Made by a program: the position numbers and the translations under genes | Shown: one piece after another, positions 18,915 to 28,028 of the stretch | How the letters are laid out: every line of letters begins with the position of its first letter | Position numbering within the stretch: position 1 is the stretch's first letter | The notes under the pieces: model-generated | Database searches by the model: none | Told to the model about the DNA's origin: nothing | The model's input: only the letters and a program-made list of their open reading frames with translations | Assembly: GCA_963724765.1 (NCBI GenBank) | Contig: CAVRVY010000004.1 | Coordinates: 800,001-864,000 of the forward strand | Direction of reading: 5' to 3' | Length of the DNA stretch: 64,000 bases | DNA from: an uncultured delta proteobacterium | GTDB taxonomy: Bacteria; Desulfobacterota; Binatia; Binatales; Binataceae

Positions 18915-20279
18915 TTAGTGCAAGTCCTCCGGCGTGACGCGCGCGATCCACGCCCGGTAGTTGCCCTCATAACCGATCGAGCGCTGGCGCTCGCGCACCC
19001 GGCGCATCACCTCGGCCACCTGCTCCGGCCCCAACCCTGGCCGCGCTTTCATCGCTTCGGCAATCCGCTCGGCCTGAGGCCCGGCCTCCTTGCGCGCGCC
19101 CTCGGCCAACGGAACCTCGTCGCCGTTTAGTCCCAGGTAGCTCTCGGCCACGTGGATACCGACGAAGGTGCCGCTCTCGAGCGAGTCCTTGATATTGCCC
19201 TTGCCGGTCAGCACGTTGCCCGCTGCGTACACCGCCGTCGGTCCGTCGTCGATAAGACCGACCGTGGCGTCGATATACGCGTAGACTTCGCCCTTGGCCG
19301 GGATGCCGGGGATTTGCTCAGGGATGCTGCCGATGGAGCTGATAGTTAGTGGCGCGCGCACCGGCGACGCCGAGTCGGGGAGCGTGCGCACCTGGCCGTC
19401 GGCGACCTCGGTACGGCTCATCTGCAGTCCGACCATCTGGCCGCCCTCGACGATGAGCCCGGTCGGCACGCGCAACGGCTCGAACTCGAAGAGGTACTTG
19501 CGCTGCGCCTTGTCCAGGATTTTCGCGCGCGCCGCGCGCATCGCCTCCGCCCGCTTGGGCGGCGCGTCGGGCGCGATGTCGGAGAGCGGCATGTCGAGGA
19601 CGCGCCGGCGATAGAAGAGTTTGCACGGGACGACCCCGAGGTCGGCATACTTGAGCCCGTGCGCACCGAGCACCGGTTCGAGACCCTCGCGCTCCAGCCG
19701 CAGCATGTCTTCCTCGACGCCACGCTCGCGCAGCGCCTTGAGCGCGGTTTCGATCTGGAGCACTTTGACCACGTCGATCGAGGCGAGGCCGCCGCCGATC
19801 ACGATAGTGCCGGGCGGCAGATCGAAGCGCGGCCCGCTGTAGGCCTTCTCGGGATAGTGGTTGAACCAGTAGATGAGCCGGTTCTGATAAACCAGGCCGC
19901 GATCGATAAAGCGGTCGGCGCCTTCGATCGCGAGCGGACGGTCGCGCCATGCGCCGTGCGCGAGCACGACCGCGCTCAGGCCCCATCGCAGGCGCAGATC
20001 GTCATACGTGATGTCGGCGCCCATCCGGGTCAGCGGAACGAACTCGATGTTGGGATGGTCGAGACGCCGGTTTATCTCTTCGTACTCGTCCCGGCGTTGC
20101 TTGACGTGCCATCGCGGCAGCCCGTCCTCGATCTTTCCGTAGGGACGGGGATTCTGTTCGATAACGACGACCTGCGCGCCGCGCTTGGCCAGGATGTGGG
20201 CGATTTCAGCGCCCGCGGTAGCGGCGCCAACCACCGCGACGACGTGCCGCAGCGTTTCTCTGGTTATGGATTCCGTCAT
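18915..20279 (-). CDS. FAD-dependent oxidoreductase, ferredoxin-NADP+/adrenodoxin reductase-like
   Basis: Variant Rossmann motif VVGAATAG, PYGKIEDGLPRWH, IGGGLASID, YRRR, AAGNVLTGKGNI. Confidence 0.75.
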   Translation of the reverse strand: MTESITRETLRHVVAVVGAATAGAEIAHILAKRGAQVVVIEQNPRPYGKIEDGLPRWHVKQRRDEYEEINRRLDHPNIEFVPLTRMGADITYDDLRLRWGLSAVVLAHGAWRDRPLAIEGADRFIDRGLVYQNRLIYWFNHYPEKAYSGPRFDLPPGTIVIGGGLASIDVVKVLQIETALKALRERGVEEDMLRLEREGLEPVLGAHGLKYADLGVVPCKLFYRRRVLDMPLSDIAPDAPPKRAEAMRAARAKILDKAQRKYLFEFEPLRVPTGLIVEGGQMVGLQMSRTEVADGQVRTLPDSASPVRAPLTISSIGSIPEQIPGIPAKGEVYAYIDATVGLIDDGPTAVYAAGNVLTGKGNIKDSLESGTFVGIHVAESYLGLNGDEVPLAEGARKEAGPQAERIAEAMKARPGLGPEQVAEVMRRVRERQRSIGYEGNYRAWIARVTPEDLH

Positions 20280-20501
20280 GGGGCGTGAATCTTAGCGTTG
20301 AGGAACGGTGCGGTGAAAGAGCCTCCGGGGGAATCGCCGTGCATCCGCCACAAAATTTTGTAACACAAGATGGCGGCGTATATGAACCGCTGAATCAGCT
20401 AACCAGCGCGCGCGTTTCGTCTTGCGCCCGGCGAAGGCTCATGGTTGTCTGTTGGGTTGTCTGGACAGCGCGGCGCTCGCCACGCTGGTCGGGCTGTCAC
20501 G

Positions 20502-21200
20502 ATGGCTATGTACAACAGACAGGCTGCTGCGAGATGGGCGCTCTGGATAGCAGTGGGCGTGATGTCCCTGCTTGCGGGATGTTACGTCGGAATGTGGAGC
20601 TCGAGCTCGCATTGGGACACGGCCGACGCCGCCCTGGGCGAGGAACACGACGTCAACTTTCCCGTACACGATACTTATCTGTTGACCCAGGACGCGCTGC
20701 GCGGCGACGGTATCCTCTACGAGGTCGGTCCCGACAATTCCCTGATAACGCTCTGGCGCGATGCCGACACCAAGGTCGGGGTCATGCAGAGCATGGTCGG
20801 GATGCAGGCGCGCTATCGCTACGAGATCCAGGTCACGCCCGAAGGCAGCCAGAAGAGTAAGGTCGTGGTCAACGTCCATACCGAGGGCATCCCCGACAAC
20901 CAGATCGCCGATTACAAGGCGAGCAAGCGCTTCGCGCTGTTCGGCGAAATCGACGAGTTGGCGGCGAAGTACCCTCCGCCCTCCAACACTCCCGCCTCCG
21001 GCGGGGTCAACTTCACCTTGCTGCCCAACGAGGACCTCAAGGGTCTCGCCAAGCGCGTGACCGGCAGCGAGGACAACTGGAGGCAGATCGCTAAGGACAA
21101 CAGCCTCAACTCACCCACCGACGTCACCCCGTTCCAGAGTATCTGGGTCGCCAGCAACCTGCTCAAACGGGCCCCGAATAGCCCCAGCTCTACCGAATAG
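20502..21200 (+). CDS. Lipoprotein with C-terminal LysM-like domain
   Basis: Lipobox LLAGC; C-terminal FTLLPNEDLKGLAKRVTG..NWRQIAKDNSL...VTPFQSIWV fits LysM spacing. Confidence 0.65.
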   Translation: MAMYNRQAAARWALWIAVGVMSLLAGCYVGMWSSSSHWDTADAALGEEHDVNFPVHDTYLLTQDALRGDGILYEVGPDNSLITLWRDADTKVGVMQSMVGMQARYRYEIQVTPEGSQKSKVVVNVHTEGIPDNQIADYKASKRFALFGEIDELAAKYPPPSNTPASGGVNFTLLPNEDLKGLAKRVTGSEDNWRQIAKDNSLNSPTDVTPFQSIWVASNLLKRAPNSPSSTE

Positions 21201-21275
21201 AGCCGTCGCCCACGGCGCGGACCGACACCAGTGGACTCAACGGGGAAAAGCTTAAGGGAAACGCGCGCCGGCCGA

Positions 21276-21539
21276 TCAGTCGCCGGTCTGAACCGGATCG
21301 CTCTCGTCGTATTCGGGGCAAAGTCCGGTAGGACTGACAGCAGCCACGACGCTGAGAAACTGTTCGAAAGTCATCTGAAGGTTGAGGAAGCCACCTTGAC
21401 AGAAAACCCAGCCATAATAGTCAAGGATTTCATCCGGAATCATCAGCGGCAGGCGTGGCAGGCTAGAGACTGTCGGAAAACGGCGTGGGGCGTCCGGATG
21501 TGGCAGGGCTTCGTCACCCGCTCTGACACCCCCGTCCAT
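21276..21539 (-). CDS. Small hypothetical protein
   Basis: Protein-like core IPDEILDYYGWVFCQGGFLNLQMTFEQFLSVVAA; fills the gap between two genes; start uncertain (21539 or 21629). Confidence 0.5.
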   Translation of the reverse strand: MDGGVRAGDEALPHPDAPRRFPTVSSLPRLPLMIPDEILDYYGWVFCQGGFLNLQMTFEQFLSVVAAVSPTGLCPEYDESDPVQTGD

Positions 21540-21753
21540 CACAACACTCGTCTCTCGTAAGGAGACAACATTGCCCTTGACGCCGCGATGCATCGATGCC
21601 GTCGCTCCTGATTTGCTTACAAACTGCACTGCAACATCCTATGTGGGTTTGCGGTCCTTGCCAAGCATCCCCTGGCGCACTAACGCCGGCTCCCAGTCAC
21701 ACTAGAAGAATTCTGCTTGCAGGCTCCATATTGAGCTAAATGGCTGAAAAATA

Positions 21754-22539
21754 ATGATATCACATCTTCATGCGATAATTCTGGGCGCCGTGCAGGGTCT
21801 CGCCGAGTTTCTTCCCATCTCCAGTTCGGCCCATCTGATTCTGGTCCCGTGGCTATTCAAATGGCAGGACCCGGGACTCGCCTTCGATGTCGCCTTGCAT
21901 CTGGGTACGCTTCTGGCGCTGCTCATTTACTATTGGGAGGACTGGATCGCGATGGCGCGCTCCGTAGCCGGAGGACACCCCGCTGAGCGGCGGCTGCTGC
22001 AGCTCCTCATCGCGGCCTCGATTCCCGGAGCCATAATCGGCCTCGCCTTCGAGAAGCAGGCCGAGACGACTTTTCGCTCTCCACTGTTGATAGCGATCGC
22101 TATGGCGATCCTGGCAGTCCTGTTGTGGCTGTTTGACAAGCTCTCGCCACAGAAGCGAACGATGAGCGAAATGACTTACTGGGACGCGCTATTGATCGGA
22201 TTCAGCCAGGCGTTGGCGATCGTCCCGGGAGTGTCGCGCTCGGGAGCCACGATTACGATGGCGCGGGCGGTACGAGTCGAACGCGGTGACTCGGCCAACT
22301 TTTCCTTCCTGATGGCGACGCCGATCATCGCCGGCGCTGGATTGATCGAGGCTCGCAAGCTTCTTCACGAAGGCCTCGACTGGTCGGTCGGCCTGGGCTT
22401 CATTTCGGCCGCCGTCTTCGGCCTCGCCGCAATCGCCTTTTTGATCCGCTACGTGCGAACACGCAATTACGTCGTGTTCGCCGTCTATCGGCTGCTAGTC
22501 GCGGCGTTGGTCATAGCCGTCTTCTTCGCCCGTGGCTGA
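21754..22539 (+). CDS. uppP: Undecaprenyl-diphosphate phosphatase
   Basis: QGLAEFLPISSSAH, PGVSRSGAT, FSFLM. Confidence 0.96.
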   Translation: MISHLHAIILGAVQGLAEFLPISSSAHLILVPWLFKWQDPGLAFDVALHLGTLLALLIYYWEDWIAMARSVAGGHPAERRLLQLLIAASIPGAIIGLAFEKQAETTFRSPLLIAIAMAILAVLLWLFDKLSPQKRTMSEMTYWDALLIGFSQALAIVPGVSRSGATITMARAVRVERGDSANFSFLMATPIIAGAGLIEARKLLHEGLDWSVGLGFISAAVFGLAAIAFLIRYVRTRNYVVFAVYRLLVAALVIAVFFARG

Positions 22540-22655
22540 GCGCGCGCGCCAAGCCTCTTCGCCATCGCGCCGCGGCGCGTAGACGAACGGACGCGCCGGC
22601 CATCGCTACCAGGGCTTCTATCGCCAATCCGAGCAGCCGCGCCATCGGCCTGACA

Positions 22656-23570
22656 ATGGCGGCGCTATGCACGCTCACAGCGGCCATCCAGCCGGCCCTG
22701 ATGCGCTTTGGCGCCACGCGTCTGGATCCGATGCTTTTCGCGGCCGGATGCACAGTGGTGGCGACTCTATGCGTCCTGCCGGTGCTGCACGCGCGCGGCG
22801 AACTGGGTTTGCTGGTCGACCGGCGCTACCGGATGCGGCTGCTGCTGCTCTCGATAATCGGGACGGTCGTGACGACACTTACCCTGATCTTCGGCCTGCG
22901 CCATATCGACGCCGTGGCCGGAACGCTGTTGCTTCAGAGCGAGCCGATATATTCGCTGTTACTGGCCACGCTATTCGCTGGCGAGCGCCCCACGCTCCGC
23001 CAGCTCGCCGCCACCGTAATCATAATCACCGGCATCGTCTCGGCTGCGGGCGCGTCGAGCGAGGCCTATTCGCCGGCCTGGGCGGCGATGCTGGTCGTAG
23101 GAACGCCGTTGTTCTGGCAGACCTCGCATGTCCTGTCGCTGCCGGTGATGCCGCCGTTGTCACCGGTCTGCATGACCGGCGCCCGTTATGGTTACGCAGC
23201 CGTCGTGCTGACGCTGGCCCTGGCCGTGGTAAATCCGCATGCGGTGGTGCAACTGGCCGACCCGGTGGTGCTCGGAACAATCGTCACGACCGGCACCGTT
23301 TGCTATTTCCTCGCTACGCTGGCCTGGTATGGGGCGATCAGCCGGCTATCGCTGGCATGGACGACTGCGCTGGTCATTCCGGGCATCCCGCTGCTGTCGA
23401 TACTGTGCGCGATTGTATTTTTGGGCGAGCATGCCACCTGGCGCGATCTTATCGGAATACTCATATCGATCTCCGGCGTGCTCCTGCTGGTGCTCGGCGC
23501 CGAAGGCGTACGCAGCGTGCCGGCCAGTTCCGCGCAAGCGGTGGAGGCGATCCATCAACCAATGAATTGA
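22656..23570 (+). CDS. DMT/EamA family transporter
   Basis: About 10 TM helices in two repeats, QSEPIY, FAGER, FLGEH; true start may be slightly upstream. Confidence 0.85.
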   Translation: MAALCTLTAAIQPALMRFGATRLDPMLFAAGCTVVATLCVLPVLHARGELGLLVDRRYRMRLLLLSIIGTVVTTLTLIFGLRHIDAVAGTLLLQSEPIYSLLLATLFAGERPTLRQLAATVIIITGIVSAAGASSEAYSPAWAAMLVVGTPLFWQTSHVLSLPVMPPLSPVCMTGARYGYAAVVLTLALAVVNPHAVVQLADPVVLGTIVTTGTVCYFLATLAWYGAISRLSLAWTTALVIPGIPLLSILCAIVFLGEHATWRDLIGILISISGVLLLVLGAEGVRSVPASSAQAVEAIHQPMN

Positions 23571-23696
23571 CCTCGTCATGAATTGATTCCACTACGAATT
23601 GACCCCGCTACGAATCGGTCCGGCTCTGCCTGAAGCGGCCGCCGCGCGCGTCAACGCTACGTGAGAAGCCCGCCGCCGCTACGAATCGGTTTGACT
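23562..23696. repeat. Degenerate 16-bp tandem repeat x4 plus a detached fifth copy
   Basis: ATGAATTGACCTCGTC / ATGAATTGATTCCACT / ACGAATTGACCCCGCT / ACGAATCGGTCCGGCT at 23562-23625; ACGAATCGGTTTGACT at 23681-23696. Confidence 0.75.
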
Positions 23697-23806
23697 AACA
23701 GTTCAGACTCGTCTCTATTGCTCGGAGTGAGTGGCTAGGAAGTCAGCGGCTTGGAAATCACGGCGCGCATCGACATGGCGCGCCGGGCAAAACAGAGGAA
23801 TTCGCG

Positions 23807-24010
23807 ATGGCCCGACTGGTGCAACACGAACGCAACACTCCATACGAAATCCCCGCGGGCACCGAACTGCCGGTATACATCTGCGCCTGTGGCCTTTCGA
23901 AGAATAAGCCCTTTTGCGACGGCGCGCACAAGCGTACCCGCGACGAGGACCACGCTGCGCTCTACAGCTACGACGAAGACGCGCGAATCAAACTCCAGAA
24001 GCAATACTAA
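23807..24010 (+). CDS. CDGSH iron-sulfur domain protein
   Basis: ICACGLSKNKPFCDGAH (CxCx2Sx3PxCDG[S/A]H); GAGGA RBS. Confidence 0.93.
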   Translation: MARLVQHERNTPYEIPAGTELPVYICACGLSKNKPFCDGAHKRTRDEDHAALYSYDEDARIKLQKQY

Positions 24011-24130
24011 GGCCCGCCGCTGATGCGCCCGCGCGCGTGCGACGCATCCGCCGAGGCCCGCAGGCCTGCCGCCGCGGCAGGCCTGCGCCGCGCGATGCTT
24101 CCGGCGCGGTGAATCTGTATCCTCAGTGCG

Positions 24131-25972
24131 ATGGACGACGCGGCCTCCGGCGCTACCCAGCCTTCGTTGTCGCTTGAGCCGCCGTCGGCGCCGCCCGGCG
24201 GCGCCGACGGCGCACGCGGCCTGGCATGGTTCAGCGATCTCGCCGAGCCGCCACTGGCGATTCTCGTCCTCACGCTGCTGGGGGCGGCGCTCTTCCTGGT
24301 CAACCTCGGCGGCTATCCGTTCTACACCAAGGGCGAGCCGCGCGAAGCGGTCACCGTTTTCAACATGCTGCATGGCGGCGGATTCATCCTGCCGCTGCGT
24401 GCGGGAATCGAAGTCCCCTCCAAACCGCTCCTGATGCACTGGCTGGCGGCGATCTTTTCGATCCTCGCCGGAGGCGTCAGCGAGTGGACGGTGCGGATGC
24501 CCTCGGGGCTGTTCGCGATCGGCGGGATGCTGGCCGCCTACTGTTACGTGCGCCGCCTGTTCGACGATCGTATCGGGTTTCTCACCGCAATCATCCTCGG
24601 CACCACCGTACAGTATCTACAAGCCGGCAGCGGCGCGCGCGTCGACATGACGCTCACCTTCTTCCTCGAGATCGCGCTCTTTGAGTTCATCCTGATCGCC
24701 GAGGGGCTGACGGCGCGGCGGATGACGCTCTATTTCGCGATCGCGATGGCGGTGCTGAGCAAGGGGCCCGTGGGCCTCGTACTGCCGGCGCTGGTCGCGC
24801 TGGTGTGGATCGCGCTCGAAGGCCGATGGCGACTGCTGCGCGAGCTGCGCCTTTGGCGCGGAGCGGCCCTGGTCGCGCTGCTGGCCGGAGGATGGTACCT
24901 GGGGGCGGCGCTGGAAGGCGGGATGCCCTTCGTGCACAAGCAGCTCCTGGCGGAAAACCTTTTCCGCTTCGTGCCCGACAGCGCCTTCCATGAGGGCCAC
25001 GCCCATTCTTTCTATTACATGGAGGGAGCGCTGATGGCGGGCTTCCTGCCGTGGACGCCGCTGCTGCTGATCGTCTTGGTCCAGGCGGCGCGCCGCCCGC
25101 GCCAGATGGACCCGCGCCTGTCCTATTTGATGGTTTGGTTTATCGTGGTGCTGCTCTTCTACAATCTGCCGCAGAGCAAGCGCGGCGTTTACCTACTGGC
25201 GCTCTATCCCGCCCTGGCAGCCTTGCTGGCGATTTACGTGGAGGCCGCGGCGCGCGTCCTGGACGTCTCAAAGATCTGGATTCGATGGCTTTCGCAACTT
25301 ACGGCCGCGTTCTTCGTCATCGCCGGCGTCAACGCGCTGCTCGGTTTGGGCTTGCTCGCGTTCGCGCCTCACGCGCTGGAACTGATGCTGAAGAATCTGG
25401 TCATCACCGACTACGATTTCGTGCCGCAGCTCGAGCTTGCCGCGGCGGCCCATCCATTCATCGGGATCGGACTCGGAATCGCCATGATCGCGATCGGCGT
25501 GTTCGCCATACTCGGCCGTCAAAGCGCGGAGCGCCTGTGCGTGGCGATCACTGGCGGGACGATTTGTCTCACGCTCGCCGCCAACCTGTTCGTCTTACCG
25601 GCGCTGGCCAAAGCGCTCACTTTGGAACCATTTACCCACGAGGCGATGAACATCGTTGGCACGCGCAGCGTCGGCTACATGGGAGCGCTCAACTATGATG
25701 TCGCCTATTACAGCGGGCGCAACCTGCCGGTGGTGTCGATCTGGAGCGGACCGCGGCCCGACTATCTGATCGCGTGGCGCGAGGAATTCCTGCGCCTGCC
25801 GCCCGCGATGCGCGCGCAGTTTCGCGCCGTGCTGCTGAGCCATCCGACCGAGCTCGACGGCTCCGGCGGGATGGTGCTGCTGCGATGCGAGCCGGGCTAC
25901 GCGCCGGAAATTCCGGGGCCACCCGGCGCTGCGCCGCCGCCCACAACCGAGCCTCCTGAATTCGACGTCTGA
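24131..25972 (+). CDS. ArnT/GT39-like membrane glycosyltransferase
   Basis: GEPREA, SKPLLMHW, VRMPS, LSKGPVG, FLPW, SKRGVYLL; many TM helices. Confidence 0.88.
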   Translation: MDDAASGATQPSLSLEPPSAPPGGADGARGLAWFSDLAEPPLAILVLTLLGAALFLVNLGGYPFYTKGEPREAVTVFNMLHGGGFILPLRAGIEVPSKPLLMHWLAAIFSILAGGVSEWTVRMPSGLFAIGGMLAAYCYVRRLFDDRIGFLTAIILGTTVQYLQAGSGARVDMTLTFFLEIALFEFILIAEGLTARRMTLYFAIAMAVLSKGPVGLVLPALVALVWIALEGRWRLLRELRLWRGAALVALLAGGWYLGAALEGGMPFVHKQLLAENLFRFVPDSAFHEGHAHSFYYMEGALMAGFLPWTPLLLIVLVQAARRPRQMDPRLSYLMVWFIVVLLFYNLPQSKRGVYLLALYPALAALLAIYVEAAARVLDVSKIWIRWLSQLTAAFFVIAGVNALLGLGLLAFAPHALELMLKNLVITDYDFVPQLELAAAAHPFIGIGLGIAMIAIGVFAILGRQSAERLCVAITGGTICLTLAANLFVLPALAKALTLEPFTHEAMNIVGTRSVGYMGALNYDVAYYSGRNLPVVSIWSGPRPDYLIAWREEFLRLPPAMRAQFRAVLLSHPTELDGSGGMVLLRCEPGYAPEIPGPPGAAPPPTTEPPEFDV

Positions 25973-26087
25973 AACGGCGTCAAACTGAAATGATTGGCGC
26001 AGTTCAACGGATGGCCCGAACGCGACAGGGTCGATCTGACTAATCGCTAAAATTCAGAAATCGTGGATTACCGCGGAAACCCGCGCG

Positions 26088-26123
26088 AGATCCTTCACTC
26101 GCGCAACGCTCGCGCAGGATGAC
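26088..26123. repeat. REP-like imperfect palindrome
   Basis: Minus strand GTCATCCTGCGCGAGCGTTGCGCGAGTGAAGGATCT; ATCCT...AGGAT stem; between convergent genes. Confidence 0.5.
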
Positions 26124-26132
26124 CCGAATAGG

Positions 26133-27077
26133 CTATTGCGACTGGCCGCCCGGTGGAACGCAAGTTCCATCTGCGCCGGTTTCGTCCAGCGGGCCGGTTG
26201 CGACGCTGTGCTCGACGTTTAGATCGACCGTCATCACCTGGTTGGTCGCATTGCTCCGATACATCCCCTTGAGCGGCGGCACGTCGGCATAGTCGCGACC
26301 GACGGCAACTCTGATATGGCGCTCGTCGGTGCGATATCGATGAGTCGGATCGAAGCCGGTCCATCCCGCATGCGGAAGCCAGGCTTCGAGCCAGGCATGG
26401 CTTGCCTGCTCGCCAAGCGGAGCACTGCCGCTGGGCGAAATCGCCGGAGCAAGATAACCTGAGACGTAGCGGGCGGGCACGCCCGCCAACCGCAACAGCC
26501 CGATAGTCAGATGTGCGAAGTCCTGGCACACGCCGCTGCCGGACTTCAGGATATCGTCGAGGCTCGAGTGAACATGGGTCCTGGCCTTCTGGTAGTCGAA
26601 CTGGTCACGCACCCAGGCCACGATTCGCGCCACGTAGCTTGCGACGTCCTCGGTCTGGCCCGGCCGCGCCATCCAAAACAGTTTCTGCAGCCGTTCGCTG
26701 AACGGGACGTAGTTACTGGGATTCAGAAACTCGCAATAGTCTCGGAGGTGGGCCTCGTCGTCGGCAAGAAAATCGCGAAACGTCATTTCAGGGTAGGCCT
26801 GGTCGGGGCAGGCCGGCTGAGACGTGTCGGGGCGTTCGACCAGCGATTGGGCGACGATCGTCAGTTCCCGATGGGGCGCGCTGACCGAGACCGAATGCGC
26901 GTGGTTGCCGAAGAAGTCGCGGTATATAAGCACGGCCGCGGGCCGGTCGATACTGAGTTCGAAAGCGACGCATCGCTGCCCCGCCTCTTCCAACGGCCGC
27001 AGCCGCAGTTCGTTGTGCGAATCCTGTGCCGGCTGGTCATACTCGAACCGGGTCCTGTGGCTTATCCGCAGCAGCAT
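26133..27077 (-). CDS. Transglutaminase-like protein
   Basis: HRTRFEY, DFFGN, catalytic GVCQDFAH, ARYVSGY, SHAW, GFDPT, GRDYADVPP. Confidence 0.95.
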   Translation of the reverse strand: MLLRISHRTRFEYDQPAQDSHNELRLRPLEEAGQRCVAFELSIDRPAAVLIYRDFFGNHAHSVSVSAPHRELTIVAQSLVERPDTSQPACPDQAYPEMTFRDFLADDEAHLRDYCEFLNPSNYVPFSERLQKLFWMARPGQTEDVASYVARIVAWVRDQFDYQKARTHVHSSLDDILKSGSGVCQDFAHLTIGLLRLAGVPARYVSGYLAPAISPSGSAPLGEQASHAWLEAWLPHAGWTGFDPTHRYRTDERHIRVAVGRDYADVPPLKGMYRSNATNQVMTVDLNVEHSVATGPLDETGADGTCVPPGGQSQ

Positions 27078-27086
27078 CGATAGACC

Positions 27087-28028
27087 TTACTCAAGCGACA
27101 TGTAGCGGTCGAAAATGTGATTGGCGAGGTCTGCACACCTGGCCTCGACGTCGATCAGAAATTCGTGCAGACCGCCCGCGATGGTCTGGTCTGCCGAGCC
27201 CGCGTGCAGCATCGAAAGCAACTCCGCGCAGGGCGGCGTCAGGGGTGCGGGTTCCTCTTCCCGCGACGAAATCCGCGCCAGCGCCTGCGCGAGCCGCTCG
27301 ACACAGAAGCGCATCGAACGCGGAAACGACGAATCGAAGACCAGTATCTCGACCACCCGGTTCACCCTGATCGCATTGCCGTAGAGTTTGCGAAAAGCCT
27401 CGAAGGCCGAAGCGCTGCGCAGCACCGCCGCCCATTGGCGCATGTCGGCCGGTCCGCCGATGTCCTCCAGCCGCGGCAGCAGGTAGTGATACTTGACGTC
27501 GAGCAGCCGCGAGACATTGTCCGGCCGCTCGAGCATCGTGCCGATTTCGATCAGATCGTAGGTCAGGTCGCGCGGCATCGTATTACCGATGATTCCTTCG
27601 ATCGTGTAGAAGTGGCCCTGGAGTTCGCCGAAGAAAGTCGAGACCCCGGCCGCCGCGAGCACCTGCGCCGACCATCCCTGAGTCTCCAGGTAGAGCCGAT
27701 TCACCGCCAGCCAGAGCTCGGATGAGATCAGATGGCGCAGCGGGCTCAGGTTTGCGCGCAGCGACTCGATACAACTCCGGATCGAGGAAAGGTTCTCCTT
27801 GTCAAAGACGAAGAAATCGATCACGGAGGATTCGGTGGCGTGGCTGTGCTTGGCCGCGAACAACTCCTGCTCGGCGGTGATGCGGACCAGCGGCTCCCAC
27901 GGATCGAGGTCGCGCGGCGGAACCTCGAGCAGCAGATGGTAGTTGACGTCGACCAGGCGCGCGCGCCATTGCGCACGCTCCAGATAGCGCGCCGCCCAGA
28001 ATAATGAACCCGCAATGCGCCGCAACAC
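27087..28028 (-). CDS. Alpha-E domain protein
   Basis: MLRRIAGSLFWAARYLERA, ISSELW, GTMLER, LRSASAFEA, FPRS. Confidence 0.93.
   Translation of the reverse strand: MLRRIAGSLFWAARYLERAQWRARLVDVNYHLLLEVPPRDLDPWEPLVRITAEQELFAAKHSHATESSVIDFFVFDKENLSSIRSCIESLRANLSPLRHLISSELWLAVNRLYLETQGWSAQVLAAAGVSTFFGELQGHFYTIEGIIGNTMPRDLTYDLIEIGTMLERPDNVSRLLDVKYHYLLPRLEDIGGPADMRQWAAVLRSASAFEAFRKLYGNAIRVNRVVEILVFDSSFPRSMRFCVERLAQALARISSREEEPAPLTPPCAELLSMLHAGSADQTIAGGLHEFLIDVEARCADLANHIFDRYMSLE

Noticed and set aside
20350-20361. Palindrome ACAAAATTTTGT between divergent genes
   Set aside because: Single 12-bp AT-rich palindrome with no second copy or cognate regulator
23562-23696. Repeat array as a mini-CRISPR
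   Set aside because: 16-bp abutting degenerate units, no unique spacers, no cas genes
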